Positions 50,920 through 64,000 of a stretch of DNA of 64,000 bases are shown here, one piece after another. The position numbers and the translations under genes were made by a program. Under the pieces are notes generated by a model. It did no database searches. It had not been told where the DNA came from and saw only the letters and a list, made by a program, of their open reading frames with translations. The DNA is from Rhynchobatus australiae (lineage: Eukaryota): contig JAUZTB010000076.1 in NCBI GenBank assembly GCA_034780895.1, positions 49,743,860-49,807,859 of the forward strand, given 5' to 3'. Numbering within the stretch: position 1 is the stretch's first letter; every line of letters begins with the position of its first letter.

Positions 50920-51482
50920 TGTACACGTCTCACTGCCTCAGTAAAGCAGCCAGCATAATTAAAGACCCCACCCAATTTGGTCATTCTCTTTTCTCCCCTC
51001 NNNNNNNNNNNNNNNNNNNNNNNNNNNNNNNNNNNNNNNNNNNNNNNNNNNNNNNNNNNNNNNNNNNNNNNNNNNNNNNNNNNNNNNNNNNNNNNNNNNN
51101 CTTCAGTAAAGCAGCCAGCATAATCAAAGAACCCACCCACCCCAGACATTCTCTCTTCACCCCCTCCCATCAGGCAGAAGATACAAAAGTCTAAAAGCAC
51201 ATACCACCAGGCTCAAGGACAGCCTCTACCACACTATTAAGGCTCTTGAATGATTCCCTAGTAAAATAAGATGGACTCTTGACCTCACAATCTACCTCAT
51301 TATGACCTTTCACCTTACTGTCTACCTGCACTGCACTTTCTCTGTAACTGTAAAACTTTATCCTGCATTCTATTTTTGTTTTAACCCTGTACTACCTTAA
51401 TACACTGTGTAATTAATCTGTAAGAATGGTACACAGGGCAAGTTTTTCACTGTACCTCAGTACATATGACAATAATTACCAA
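50920..51482 (+). mobile_element. Rex1/Babar-type LINE 3' end(s), spanning a gap
   Basis: Encodes YTSHCLSKAASIIKDPTQFGHSLFSP before the gap and KAASIIKEPTHPRHSLF after it, followed by the 3' UTR. Confidence 0.85.
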
Positions 51483-52072
51483 TTTATATTTTGTTTCTGT
51501 TTGACTCAAATTAATTGCAAACTTCAAAGATTCAAATTCAGAATTTGACTTTGACTAGAAGTACAATATAGTGAATCAATTAGCAAAGAATGATTGACTT
51601 GGCAACTTGATGGCCTTTTTTAAAAAAATTCCCTTTGTGGTTCTCTTGTTCCTAACGGAATAACCAATGTGACGTCGATGCTCAGGGTATTTCTAGGTGG
51701 AAAATGGCCATAACTGTGCGTAAATTGATAATAGAATTGATTGTGATGAATGTGTGATCCTGTGTTTCATAAAGGAAGGCACAGAGATCGAAAGCAATAA
51801 AGTTATAGCCCAAATCTGGCAGGATTAATAACATTCAAACTCATTTTTCCTCATTTTTGTGGGCGAGACCTGTTCCTATTCTTCCCAGCCCCCACCTCCA
51901 ACAAGTGCCCTCTGTGCATTCACTGGAGGGAGCAACATGCTAGTCCTCCTAAAGGAAAAGCCTTCCCATGTTTTCTTTAAGTTGGCTCTGGGAGGCTGGT
52001 AAAGATGTGTAATTTTTTTCATGTTTAAAGGTCAGCAGTGGGCCCTGTTCACTTGAGACTAACTGCAAAATC

Positions 52073-52600
52073 CGGGCTGGTACTAAACCTTTATAAATCA
52101 CTGTCTAGGAGTCAGCTGGTGTACTGTCTAATTCTGGGCACTACATTTTAGGAAAATGGCAAGTCCTTAAAGATGGTGCAGAGGAGATTAATTAGAATAG
52201 CAGCAAGGTGAAGGATTTAGTTATGTGAAAAGATTAGTACAATTGGTTTGCTCTTAGAGCAGGGAAGGTTAAAGGGAGATTAAATACTAGTGTCCAAAAT
52301 TATGTGCAGTTTTGATGATGCAAATAATGAGAAATGGCCAATACGAGTGGTAATGAGCCAGCACATTTGAGNNNNNNNNNNCAAAAGAACTAGCGGGAAT
52401 ATGAGCAAGTTTTTCTATTACTACAGTGAGTTGTTGCAACCTGGAGTGCTGCCTTAAGTGCTGGAAGCAGGTTTTGTGGTAGCTTTCTTAAGATAATTGG
52501 ATGCATACTTGAAAATAAAACATTTGTGTGGACCTACAGAGGAGGAACTGAGGAGTGGGAGGAGTAGGATAGCTCCATCAAATGGACCAAATAGGTCTTC
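52073..52600 (+). mobile_element. Decayed CR1 LINE 3' portion
   Basis: Encodes LNLYKSLSRSQLVYC..WALHFRK...VQRRLIRI; tail ggtcttctgtgttgtatggttct. Confidence 0.8.
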
Positions 52601-52847
52601 TGTGTTGTATGGTTCTACAATTTCATTCATCAAGGTAAACTGGAAAGAAATTGTCTGCATGCAAGGTAGTGAAGCAGAAGATTCAGATTTGCAAACCAAT
52701 ATATCAAGTGTAGATAGTAGCAGTGGCAGATTGATGCATGCAGGGGACGCATAATTAAATGTACAGGGGTCAAAAAATGTTGAGTAAGTAGAAAATGGAT
52801 ACTTTGATACTGGATTATAATTGAATCCCATGAAAAGTATGATTTAA

Positions 52848-53200
52848 AATCATAGAAAAATGTACATGGGAACAGGCCCTTTGGCCTTCGGTGTCAGCAC
52901 CGACCATCAACACCCATTTATACTAATCCTATATTAATCTCAATTTTATTCTCCCCACATTCCCGTTAACTCCCATCAGTTTCTACCGCTCATCAACACA
53001 CAGGTGACAATTGACAGCAGCTAATTAACCTGCCAAGCTGCACATCCTTGGGATGCGTGAGCAAACTGAAACACCCAAAGGAAACCCACGCATTTACAGA
53101 CAGAATGTGCAGACCCAACACACGAAGTGCCAGAGATCAGGTTTGAACCCAGGTCCCTGGTGCTGTGAGGCAGCACTCTGCTAGCTCCGCCACTGTGCCA
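52848..53200 (-). mobile_element. Older tRNA-derived V-SINE (HE1-like) with CR1 tail
   Basis: Reverse complement: ggcacagtggcggagctagcagagtgctgcctcacagcaccagggacctgggttcaaacc (A/B boxes), V-domain, tail aagggcctgttcccatg. Confidence 0.85.
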
Positions 53201-54321
53201 CTCCTAATTAAATGATTTGAGAATGGTTGTTAATGGCACATGAACACAGGCGTTTGGGTGTATGAAATTCAGTCCTTGTTAAGTGTTGCAGATGTCCATT
53301 ACCTCTGATCACTTTATCAAAAAGGTTTAGTCGTTGCCCAGTGATTGTCTAACTTAAAGTCAAAACATTGTCATGAATTACATCAGAATAACTACATAAC
53401 AGCTGCAAACCTTGTGTACCCTGATACTACGCTGAAGCAGCAAGATTTGAGGGAAAAAAAATTATCTCTATGGTAACAATAAAGTCGTAACTTCATAAAG
53501 GTAATTGGATATATTTGCACTTGTTTTTGAGTGCGGCATCCAAGAGTAGAGTGTATTCCTTGTTGCTTGGAGATGTGGTTCAGAGCAAAGACTTTCTGCA
53601 GCCTCGCTCCAAGACTGTAACACAAAAATCTCATGGCATGACATGAGGTTTTGGATTGGTTGCAGTACTGTGGATTAAAGCAAATTGTCTTGGAATGGTA
53701 TTCATACTTGCTGCATTGCATTTTATTGGAAAAAAGCGCAGCCAATTCCCTTTTTTATTGTCCATCAAGAGATGATTATATAGCACAGATATTATCCCAT
53801 CTGAGGCTTTTAGGAAGCAGTGTATTAGAATTTATTCTGACTATAAATACAGGGACACTCAGTCATTTATGTAGGCATGTACATCTTCTTCCAAGATCTT
53901 CAGGTCTATTTTAATGTTAACTGGGCTATTCCCAAGCAGGGACTGTGGTGTTGCCTTCAGCAGAGCAGAATGCCAGTGACAGGATACCCACAAGACACTA
54001 TGCCAGTGGACACTTCATGGAAGACCATTGAAAGTCCTGCAGTTTTCCCTGCTCGACTTTGGTGGCCCCGTTGAAATGAATGGGAGAATTTAGCTGCTGT
54101 TGGAAAGGAAAGCAAAAGGTTTTCTTTTTAATTTCATTGAAGTTAATTTCAGTGTTTTCGATTGCTTTTAAGCATGTGTGTGTCTTGAGTCAACAATGTG
54201 CACAAATATTCAATGACAGTGGCAGCTTTGACTACGGGTGAGCTGGGGTAGGTGGGGCCTCACTGGCTCTGAAAGCCGTTCTGTCAAGGGTGTTGGCCAC
54301 CTGCTCTGGGAAGGACGCAGT

Positions 54322-54532
54322 GGGTGATAGGTATATGGAACCAGCTGCCAGAGGAAGTGGTTGGGGCGGGTACATTAGACACATTTAAGTATTTGGAAAG
54401 GTATATGGATGACAAGAGTTTCAAGGGATATGGGCCAAGTGCTGGGACATGGAATTAGCTTGAATATACATCTTTATCGGCATGGATCAGTATGGGCTGA
54501 AGGACCATTTTCCATGCTGTATGACTCTGTGA
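54322..54532 (+). mobile_element. CR1 3' tail (family of 1473-2049)
   Basis: Colinear with 1855-2046, ending ccatgctgtatgactctgtga. Confidence 0.88.
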
Positions 54533-55689
54533 AAGGTCCTGCACTGGCCTGGGCCACACCAGAAGAAGTATTGGAATCCAGAGCTCTAGTGACCAGTGAT
54601 CTCAGGACAGAGATAGATTTGACCCTTGTGTAAAACTACAACTCATCTCTCCCACCATATCGTGGAAATGATTTGTTCACGAGTCAAAAAGTAATTCAGC
54701 TTCAGAATTGCATTCCACGTTAACCAAGTTTCTCAAAAGCGGCTGCATCTACAGGGGAGACTAAGAAGACAGTCTACTTGCTTGCATATTATCCTCCTCC
54801 ACCTTCAGATAAGCTGCTTCATGTTTTGCAAAAAGACTCCTCTGCACTGATAAGTTACTGATGGTAGAACTATGTATTTAATTGACTTCTCAACTTAGTA
54901 CTTAATGCATAGGTTGACCTTCCTAAAATGATGGTTGAAATGTATGAGGATTAAAAATGAGTTTCTAGAACCTTGACTTAAAAAATAAACTGTTTCAGTG
55001 TCTACATAATTTTTGAAGTTGTCAGAAATTAACTTCATGGTGGAAGTGCCCTCCTCAAAATACTGTCCCTTAAGGTTTTTATTAAAAAAAGTCATGCTAT
55101 TTAAACTTGACAGTTTCATCCAATTTAAAATATTTTACAACCATTAGGTCTTGTTTTTACAGTAGGAAAAAAAATCAAGGAATAAATACACTGGTAGATA
55201 AATTTTGACAGCTTAGTATAACAGTGAAATACAAAACTTTGTTTATACAACATCTTTGAATCAGGGTAAAAAAATAAAAATTATAAATCATGAAACAAAG
55301 CAGATTGATTAATCCAGCGTCACAAGTGGAATCTGAAAATCCCTTATTTTACACTGACATATATGGTGACTGAATGTAATATTAGATAATATTTATTGTC
55401 TTAGTGCTTTAATCAGATGAAAATACTTGCACTCAAAGGTAACTGCTGGGGATTGAAAAGTGCTAGCTGTGTGAAATCAAAAGGATAAGTACCTCAATAA
55501 AATGTTTTAAATTTAAGATTGTCATGACATTGTTGATAAGATCCGAAATGAAAAATCATCCATTGTATAAATTATGCTTGCTTTGTTTTTGAGGTTGCTT
55601 TCAAGATTAGTTAGGTATGTCTCAGTGGTTGTATTCCGTGAATCACTAGTTTACAGATTAGCTCTCACAGCAGAATCTTGACAAGGCTA

Positions 55690-56010
55690 TCGAAGCCTCA
55701 TCTCTGTGCAGCACTGAAGGAGTGTTGAGCTATCAGAGATACTGTCAGAGGTACTGTCTCTCAGTTGAGATGTTAAACCAGCTGCCACCTCAAACAGAAG
55801 TAAAAAAAATCCCAAGGTACTATTAAAAAAGAGTAGAATTCTGGTATCCAGGTCAATAACCCTCCGGCAACACAATGGATGATGTGCACAAGTTGACTGC
55901 CATGTTCCCTGCATTACAATGGTGATTATGCTTCAAAATAATTTAATAGTTTGAGACTACTTCAGGATATCCTGATGTCATGGAAAGTAGTGTTAAAATC
56001 CAATTCTTTA
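55690..56010 (+). mobile_element. Deu-domain SINE (SacSINE1/AmnSINE-related), decayed
   Basis: gtgcagcactgaaggagtg...ctgtcagaggtactgtc...gagatgttaaacc...atcccaaggtactatt...cattacaatggtgattatgcttcaaaa matches the recalled shark Deu-SINE consensus. Confidence 0.7.
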
Positions 56011-57974
56011 TTGCTTCCTTTGGAAGCATTTGGATTTCCTTATCGTCAGTTTTCTTTTAATGCGAACTTGAGTAAAGTTTCTGTCCATTGTATTGGAGCA
56101 TCAAGCCGCTCACAAATTTCCATTTCTAATATTTAATACTTGACGTTAACTTTTGAAACTGGATATATTGTGAGACAAACCTTTCTGATGGAATAGTGTT
56201 GAAGATGGCTGTATCGAATTTAATCCATGCTATAAAATGTAATCTGTTGATCAGAAGCCCCTGAGGTATCTTTAACTTTTACTTTTGATTACCATTCTTT
56301 ATTTTTTTGTTAGTGTTATCAGTCCTTATTGATGAAGCATTTATAATTCTACTCAGACTTATCCTTAGTCCTCCTGCAAGCAGTGAATTACAGATGTAGT
56401 TAAATCTGTGCGGCCTTGCCAACCAAACGGAAGCAAACACTATTATCTACCTGTGTGATACCTCCATTTATATCATATTCAGATAATAGAAATTTCATGA
56501 GTCTTTTTTTTCTTAGTTAATTAAGACCACATTTTTGGGGAGTAGAATTTATTTAATCTTCAAACTAAACAATAGACATCCTTTCATCATGGGCCATATG
56601 CCTTGGGCTAGAAACAACTGTTCCTCTTGTAGCAATACAGCCAACTATGATCAACATTTACAGAGTTCAGAGTTTCTGAAGAACTAGAAGTATTTGTTTT
56701 TAAATTTGAATCAATTGTGTGCAGTTTTTTCTGTGGCATTCACCCAACCTCTAGACCAGCAGGAAGAATTTGTAATTCCATTTTTGTTATGTCTCAGGTG
56801 TATATTTTTTCAGGAAACACATTTGCGGGTTGAGAGTGTGATTGCTGTTCAGAGTTTGGAGCTCTACAGGGAAGCAATAGCTAACGTTTGTTGAAAATAC
56901 AGCCAGAAATCTTCTGTGTTTTGATTATGTTGAAAGCTGCACTGTCTTCTGCTGTGAAGGTAGCAGCTGGTCTGTAGGGTTCATTGCAGTCATTTTTAAA
57001 AGATGCCCTCTTACACAATGTACAGATTGGTATATCGATTAATTCTGTGGCAATTCTGAATAAATTCAGGGCTCGGTGTCAAGGAGGGAGAAAGTGCAGA
57101 GAAAAACCTCTCTCGGTCTCCACACGTGGTGAGATATGGGGAGGTGAGCTGAACCCTGTATGTCAACTGTTCCACTCAAAAAGCTGCAGACTTCATTCCT
57201 CTTGGTCTAATCCACGGGGAAGTGGCATGATTCTCTTCAATTTCCGATGCTTATTCCAATAGGTTCAGCAATTCTAAAGAGCTGCCTGGAGCACTTCAAA
57301 GGGTGTGAGCACAATTGTGATCCTTCCATCTCACTGCTTTGTGTGCCGGCCTTGCTCTGCCTGAGGAGGACCACGAACTCTCATGATTTATAGACTATCA
57401 CAACTGCTGCTGAGCAGAGAATCCTTGCAGCGGTGTGGAGCTCCCTTGCTCGCTCTCCCCTCACAACCATAAGCATGTGGTTTAAATATCAGTGGGAGAT
57501 GAGCCAATTGGAAAGAGTGATGCAGGATCTTTGCCTGGAGCTGGGAAAGCACATCTGGAGTCTTCCCTTGGATAGCTTTACAACAAGAGTTCCCATCACT
57601 CCTCGCAACACATCCCCTATATTATCGAGAATGGAATGATGGTGCTCTAGAATCTGTTCTTGGGACTTAGAATTGATATTTAATGTAATAGTAACTTCAA
57701 AAGTAACAGAAATGATGAACCAAAAGCACTCTTCTAAACACAGTGTCTGTGTTGAACCCAAAGTGCTTTATCATTATCAATTAAAAGAACGTAAATTCAA
57801 ACCATCAAGTGGTAAACAGATACCAATAATCAAAACTACACTTTTTTGTTAGTATTGTGCAAGCAAATCCTATAACTGGAGCAGTTTAAATTCAAAAGAC
57901 TGCATGCTTTGATAATACTGTTAGCATTATGCCTTCATTATGTCAGAAGAAATTCCGTGGGAGTTATTTTATGA

Positions 57975-58220
57975 ATTTGTTCATGGGATGTTGACGTCGT
58001 TGGCATGACCAGCATTTGTGGCCCAGGAATAATTACCCATGAATTGGAGTCAGTTGTGTCAGATTGGGTAAGGATGGCAGATTTCCTTCCCTGAAGGACA
58101 TTAGTGAACTATAATGGGTATTAGGATAATTTGGAGATTTCAAGGTTTCCATTACTAATCTGAGCAATTGGAAAAGACAGCACATCTGTTGCATTGGAAG
58201 TTGTATCTATTGCTGTCAGT
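57975..58220 (-). mobile_element. SINE fragment whose tail resembles the 17428-17980 LINE tail
   Basis: ttcatgggatgttgacgtcgttggcatgaccagcatttgtggccc is reverse-complementary to the tail at ~17915-17965; followed by ggcagatttccttccctgaaggacattagtgaac. Confidence 0.6.
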
Positions 58221-59119
58221 AGGATTGGGATTGGCACGCAGCTGACATAGGGATTTACTAAAGCAGGAAGCGTGCGATTGCAAACAAACTTTTGGAAGGC
58301 CAATTTGGGAGGTGAAGGGCTTAGAAATACCAAAGAATGTTNNNNNNNNNNNNNNNNNNNNNNNNNNNTAGAGAAATTAATGGTGGGAGCTGGCACTGCA
58401 TCTTGGTTTTATTTTGTATTACAAGGCATTTGTGCTGGGATAAATGGCAGTGAAGAGCATTAAATGAACAGAGTTCAGGAGGATTGCACAAGTTTAAGGC
58501 ACGGCCCAGATCTGAAGGGGTTTCTTTTGTGCATGTAGATGTAAAATGTTGGTGGACTACACTGGGAAAATAAGTAAGAAGCTCAGACATTTTACAGGAG
58601 CCCCAAGGCTCAAGAAGGCACCTGCAGTGCATCTGATAGGCAGTAAGTTGTAACGACTGAGAAGTGAGTTGGTGGGCGGATGATGAGCAGGGAATTCTGG
58701 AACTTTGAACCTGGTGACCAAAGAGAAGCAGTACTCGAAAGAGCCTCTCCCCAGCACAACAGCATTTCAAAGGGGAGATTTTGTTTAGATTATGTGAATC
58801 ATGCAAGAGGACTTAGAAAAAAGACATCTATCTTGGTTTTGCATTTGACTGGGTCTTTTCGAAACTGAACAGGCAATCTAGGGGACTGAGATAGGGACAC
58901 TCAGTCGTTTGCCAGTAGGGGAACTAGATAAAGCAGGCTGAAAGGAAGTTATTGTCCGTAGCTTTCAAGGAATGTGCTGGGAGGGAAGATGAGTGAAAAA
59001 GGTTGAAGGAGTTGGGGTTGTTGCTCCTGAAGGTGGTGGTGACAGGTGTCTCAGTAGGTGTTTAAGTTTATTCCAAGGAACTGCAAGGTAAGGATATTGG
59101 CAGGAGAATAAAATAAATG

Positions 59120-59500
59120 AAAGAGTTTCATGTCCCTTTCTGGATGCCCCACAGTACTTTACAGCCAGTGAAATAACTTTGACAAGCAGTTGTTTAATAT
59201 AGGACAACATGTGCAGGGAAAGCTCCCACAACCAGCAATATGATAATGACTAGATGTATTTTATTCTTGCAGTGATGTTAATTAAGGGATGGTAAAATGA
59301 CCAGGGAACTGAGGATATCTTCCTTGAGATGTGAGGTGGTGCATTGGGGTGCTTTGCTTACAAATAAGAGAACAGATGGAGCTTCGGTTTGATGGCTCGT
59401 TAGAAAGATGGCACCTTTAAGAGTGCAACATTAGCTCAGAGCGCCAGCCTAGATGTTCGTGCTCTGAGCTCTGTAATGGGACTTGAATGCATAACCTTCA
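59120..59500 (-). mobile_element. Deu-domain SINE, antisense copy
   Basis: Reverse-complementary to 55690-56010; includes agctcccacaaccagcaatatgataatgac and the B-box-like gggacttgaa. Confidence 0.7.
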
Positions 59501-60565
59501 AAGCTATAGCAATAGTGGGAACTTGAATTTGGGACTGGTATGACAAAGTATCTCAGAAGAGAGAAGTGAACAATGGTAAAGTTGTATGAGAATGAGAGAT
59601 GTGGCCAAGAGAAAAAAATGAGAACAACACATTCAGTAAGGCTTGTGACATGAATAGTGAATTAAAAAAGGAACCTGGGTTATACTGGTTTAACGTGACT
59701 TTAAATAGAGTACAGGAGGAGAACAGTTCCACTGTTCAGATTGACGCTAGGCTCATGACGTGAAGCAGGCATACTGTGAATACACCATAGAAGTGTACAT
59801 AAAGCTCATGGCCGGATTTGGAGTCGGACACAGACTGGGAATGGAGCTGTCTGCAATGGTTTGGGCGGGGGGGGGAGCAAAATCTGGATTTGCCATTTGA
59901 AATACACGGACCAATTTATGAAAATGTAAATTCACTTGAAACTGGGTACAGAAGTGATTCTGTTCAGTTCTGAAATAAATAATTTTAGGTGGGAAGTACC
60001 AAGAATCAGTTTTAATCATTGGGTGTTTTTAGTACATGATCCTAATTTGGAGGAAGTATATAAAATACTTTGAATAATTCATCAACTAAATTTACACTGA
60101 TTTACATATGATTAATGATTTGCGATCNNNNNNNNNNATTGTATATGCATCTGATGTCTCATTTCATTTTAACCTTGAATGCATTAGGAAAATTTTAATT
60201 TTTTTAATATTAAAGGTAACAAAATGACTACATCGAAGATGTTTAAACAGTTAATTTTCATTGTGGAAAAGGATTTTTAAAACCATCGGCAGTGTTATCT
60301 TGATATAGAAGTTGATGTTGAGGGATAAAAGTAGACGGAAAACAGCACAAAATCTAAAATGAAGTCAGCATATCAACTATCAATATGCTTTTTGCTGACA
60401 AATAATTCCGTACATGTCTTTTTACAAAGTTTCTATTTTTGTATATGCTTTTACTTTCAAAACTCATTCACAAGGAGATTTCTGTATTAATATCATTTCA
60501 AGTGAGATGAAGAGTAATTATATTATGCATTTATGACTTAGTGAATATCTTGTAATCTTTTCCAG

Positions 60566-60635
60566 TTATTTGCCTTGGTTTGAAGTTTACTACAAGCTGC
60601 TGAACACGTTGGCAGATCTTCTGGTTAAAGAACAG
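60566..60635 (+). CDS. DENND1B: DENND1B coding exon (70 nt), (S)[23 protein letters not shown]
   Basis: aatcttttccag|TTATTTGCC...AAAGAACAG|gtaaaa; matches DENND1B [18 protein letters not shown]. Confidence 0.97.
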
Positions 60636-62149
60636 GTAAAATATTTGCTTGTGCCTCTTACTTTTCATGGTTCATTAAACTTGTTAAATTACGTGACACT
60701 CAAATAGTACTATTTCCATTTATTACCATAATCTCACCAACAAACTCGGGTGTAAAATTTCAAGTTCTACACAATTCTAGGAGCAAGGGAATGTAATTTT
60801 GAAGTTAGAACGGAACTCTGTAAGATGAAATTATAATTGTAACTGGAACCAACAGATGACTACTTGCCCACATCTATGGACAACTTAAAATGCAACTCTG
60901 ACCTAACCAAGCACATGGATGATTATTTTCATGTATGTGACAGTGTCTGGTTAACAATTATTAATCAATACCATGTAGTTCATTGGAAATTTTGTAAGTT
61001 TGGTTCACTGAACTGCAGCAATAATAGAGCATGAAACACTTGATAGGAAATATTTGTATTACCAATAGTTATGAACATTAATTGAATGTTAAGTGATTCT
61101 GTGATAATGATCCACAATTTGCAGTGAACCACTTGTACTTGCCAGTGACTCCGGGCAAGGAACAAAAAAGTTCACACTGATCTTGGGCAAATCCTTCAAC
61201 GAGAGCTTGGCTTAAATGAGCCTTCTTGCAGCAGTTTCAGCAAAGACCAGTGCAACAACTGGCCATCACAGTCGTGTGTCAGATGAAGCCTCATTGTCAC
61301 ACAACCAGCTAAGTCTTAAATAACCCACTAAGTCATGCACTCTTGCTTAGCTGGCTGTTGGAGCTCTGCAGAATTATGAATGTTATTGACATTCAGAAAC
61401 ATTTGCAATCCATTCAAGCTATTAAAAATATTTGTTTTTGAAATGGAAGAAGAATAATGCACTTAAAACATAAACATTTAAATGAAGTCAAAACTACCTA
61501 TAAACACAATTACTTAACTATTGTTTATCCACTCTCCACTGAAATCATTAGAATAAAGCCCCCTTTGCCAGGCCTAATCCTGGCACAGATGGTTCAAGTG
61601 GATTCCTGGACTTCATGTGAATTTCAACTTCATAATGCTTTCTAGAAAAATACCGCAAACAGCTGACAACAATTTTAGGATTCTGTGTCCGTGTAGAAAG
61701 TCTGAGGTTGCTGTCATTTAGACTGGGAAATGTCAGCAGCTAGCTAGCTGACTGCCAGTATTTTTCACAAGATCCATTCCATTTTGATTAACTCTTAATT
61801 TTCCCTCAATTTGCAACAAGAAACAAAATATCGATTCCAAGAGCTCGTGTACTGACTAAGATAAAAGCCTGCAAATGATCTGGGCATTTACCATGATTTT
61901 ACTGATTTAATCTGTTGAGAACTGTCCTGAAAGCACATCCTGCTACCATATGGTAGTGATTTGAAAGGATTAAAGGGTTACATTGGAAGTTGCTGCTACT
62001 CCTCAGTTTTGTTCTCCAGGTATTCTCTGGTTTGTGCTATTTAGCCGATAACCCAGCTCAATTCAAAGCATGGAAATGTTCAGTATGGAAGATGACCATG
62101 TTGGACAACAGTCCAGGCAGTTGCTTTTGGCTCATTGACTTGCAGATGT

Positions 62150-64000
62150 TCTGCTTTCAAATATTTACCTAGTTCCCTTTTGAAAACCACAACTGAAACT
62201 GGATCCATGATATTTTCAGGCAGGGCATTTCAGATCATAACCACTNNNNNNNNNNTTGCTGCTTTAAAAACCCTGGCTTCACGCCTTGATCATTCGCCAC
62301 TTGAAATTCATGTCCTTGTGTCCTTGACCTCTGCTAATGGGAACACTTCCACTTTATTTGTTCCACCTAAGCCTGTCAAGAGCTTGTACACATCTCTAAG
62401 TCCCTTCTTGAGCTTCTCTACTGGAAGGAGAACAATCCCAGCTTCACCTGGTAATCCTCACAACTGAAATCTCTTGTGTTGAAACCATTTTAGTAAATTT
62501 AATTGCATTCTCTTTTGGGTCTTTACATCTTTCGTGAGGTGTGGTGACTGGAAAGGGTCCCAATACCCAACTGTGGGCTAACTGTTTTATGAAGGTTCAC
62601 TGTATCTGCCTGACTTTGATACTGTGTCACTGTTTGTGAAGCCCACTATCCCAAATACTTTATAAACCACTTTCTCAACGTATTATGCCATCATCTTTAA
62701 AGATTTCAGCGCATATACGCCATGGTTGTCTGCTCTGAAATCCAATTTAGAAATGTGCCATTCCATCTATACGGTTTCTCCTCCTTCTCCCTGCCAAAAT
62801 ATTTTACTTCACACTTCCTTCTATGAAATTTCATCTGCCCATTCCAGTAGTCCAGAAGTCTATTAGCATCCTCCTCGCTGTTTCCCACAGTTAAAATCTT
62901 TCTATCGTATTTGTGCCACACATCCATATCTAGGCCATTAATGAAGTAGCAGTGGTCCCTGGACCAACCCCTGCTCCTTTCGTATTTCTCCTCTGATGTA
63001 TGGTCCAGTTGGCCCTTCTCATCCACCATGACAGATCTCGAAAAATCCTCCCTCCAGTCTGAAGAACAAACTTGTATGAAAGCTGTGTTTTCTGTCTCTG
63101 TCGATTCCTTATTTGTTCCTTCACTAATGTGCTTCAATTTATTTGGGATTTTTTCAATCCACATTTCTAACTTCTACAATATCGTCTTCATTAACCCTCC
63201 TTGTAATCCATTCAAAAACAATCAGATTAACACAGGTTGTCTGTTGTTTATTCAGACATCTGTAAATGCCCATTTTTATTATTGTTCCTGCCAGGCCGAT
63301 GTTGGCTAGTTCGTCTTGTGATGAATTCACTTTCATTACAGGTATCTTTTCTGGGGCTGTCCCTCCTCACCTCTCCCCTCCCCCATCTCATCCCCCCTCT
63401 GGTCAGGTCCTCCTTTCTCAGCCCATCCATTATCTCTGGAACTTCTCCTTTTTACTGACACTTTGATTGCATCCTCTTCCTTGGTGAAGACTGTTTCAGA
63501 TTATTCACCAAATATCTCAAACGTGCCTCAGCTTCATGTGAAGGGATGTTTTCAATAGCTCATAAGGCCCACTCCTTTTAATACCTGGTTAACATTTATA
63601 TGCCATTGAAAACTTGGATTTCTTTTTTATGTTAAATGCTAATTTATTTTGATATTCTTTTATTTTCTCACTTCCCCTCTGAGCTTACTGTATTCAGCCA
63701 CATTCTCACTTGTATTTTCAAGCTGACGGGAGTCATACATCCACTTTTTGTATTATGTTACTTTTTGTCTCTTTCTTTATTTGGGAACTCAGGCATTGGT
63801 TCGCCCCATGGGAAATTTCCTTGACCATATATAAGCCATCTCCTCTCTGAAGGCTGCCAATTTTTCTGTAACTGTTTCCTCTGCCAATCTTTAACTTCAG
63901 GTAATCTGGACCTGATCCCTTTTTATCCTACTGAAGTTGGTGCTTCTTCAGTTATGAAGTTCTGCTGTAGTTTAATCCTTCCTCTTTTCCATGACTCATC
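62150..64000 (-). mobile_element. Old decayed CR1 LINE ORF2 (RT region), running off the window end
   Basis: Minus strand reads TCVNLIVFEWITRRVNEDDIVEVRNVD (cf. SCLTNLIEFFEEVT..VDEG..VDVVY.D), YFINGLDMDV and QMKFHRRKCEVKYFGR. Confidence 0.8.

Larger units (their letters stand above)
6862..60635 (+). other. DENND1B: DENND1B gene, internal portion (four coding exons, probably exons 3-6; gene extends beyond both window ends)
   Basis: Four AG/GT-bounded exons of 44, 50, 120 and 70 nt join in one open frame with compatible phases (1/0, 0/2, 2/2, 2/0). The peptide matches recalled human DENND1B ([32 protein letters not shown]...[25 protein letters not shown]...[18 protein letters not shown]) better than DENND1A (DPEVQRQFPEDY..., GQNFTF, EVFYKLLNILAD). 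Introns are 25,983, 4,769 and 22,738 bp including gaps. Confidence 0.93.

Noticed and set aside
6862-60635. Assignment to DENND1A or DENND1C
   Set aside because: Diagnostic residues (DPVV.[29 protein letters not shown]) match recalled DENND1B.

Overview
This is AT-rich vertebrate genomic DNA with many N gaps. Its repeat families (CR1 LINEs, V-SINEs, Deu-type SINEs, Rex1/Babar, Penelope-like elements) point to a cartilaginous fish, probably a ray or shark; that assignment is inference. The whole window lies inside one + strand gene, DENND1B (connecdenn-2, a Rab35 GEF). Four small GT-AG exons (6862-6905, 32889-32938, 37708-37827, 60566-60635) splice in frame to [95 protein letters not shown], part of the N-terminal DENN region. 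None of the listed ORFs is a real gene. The rest is intron filled with decayed retroelements. The most interesting signal is a family of Penelope-derived fold-back insertions carrying a minimal hammerhead-ribozyme-like motif, one of them a clean 159-bp hairpin with a 15-bp target-site duplication. Other observations: a template-switch palindrome inside a LINE, a recent 195-bp local duplication, an unnamed ~155-bp repeat, a displaced CR1 segment, and candidate conserved enhancers. I see no solid evidence of a wholly new system. Repeat family names come from recalled consensus sequences, not from a search.
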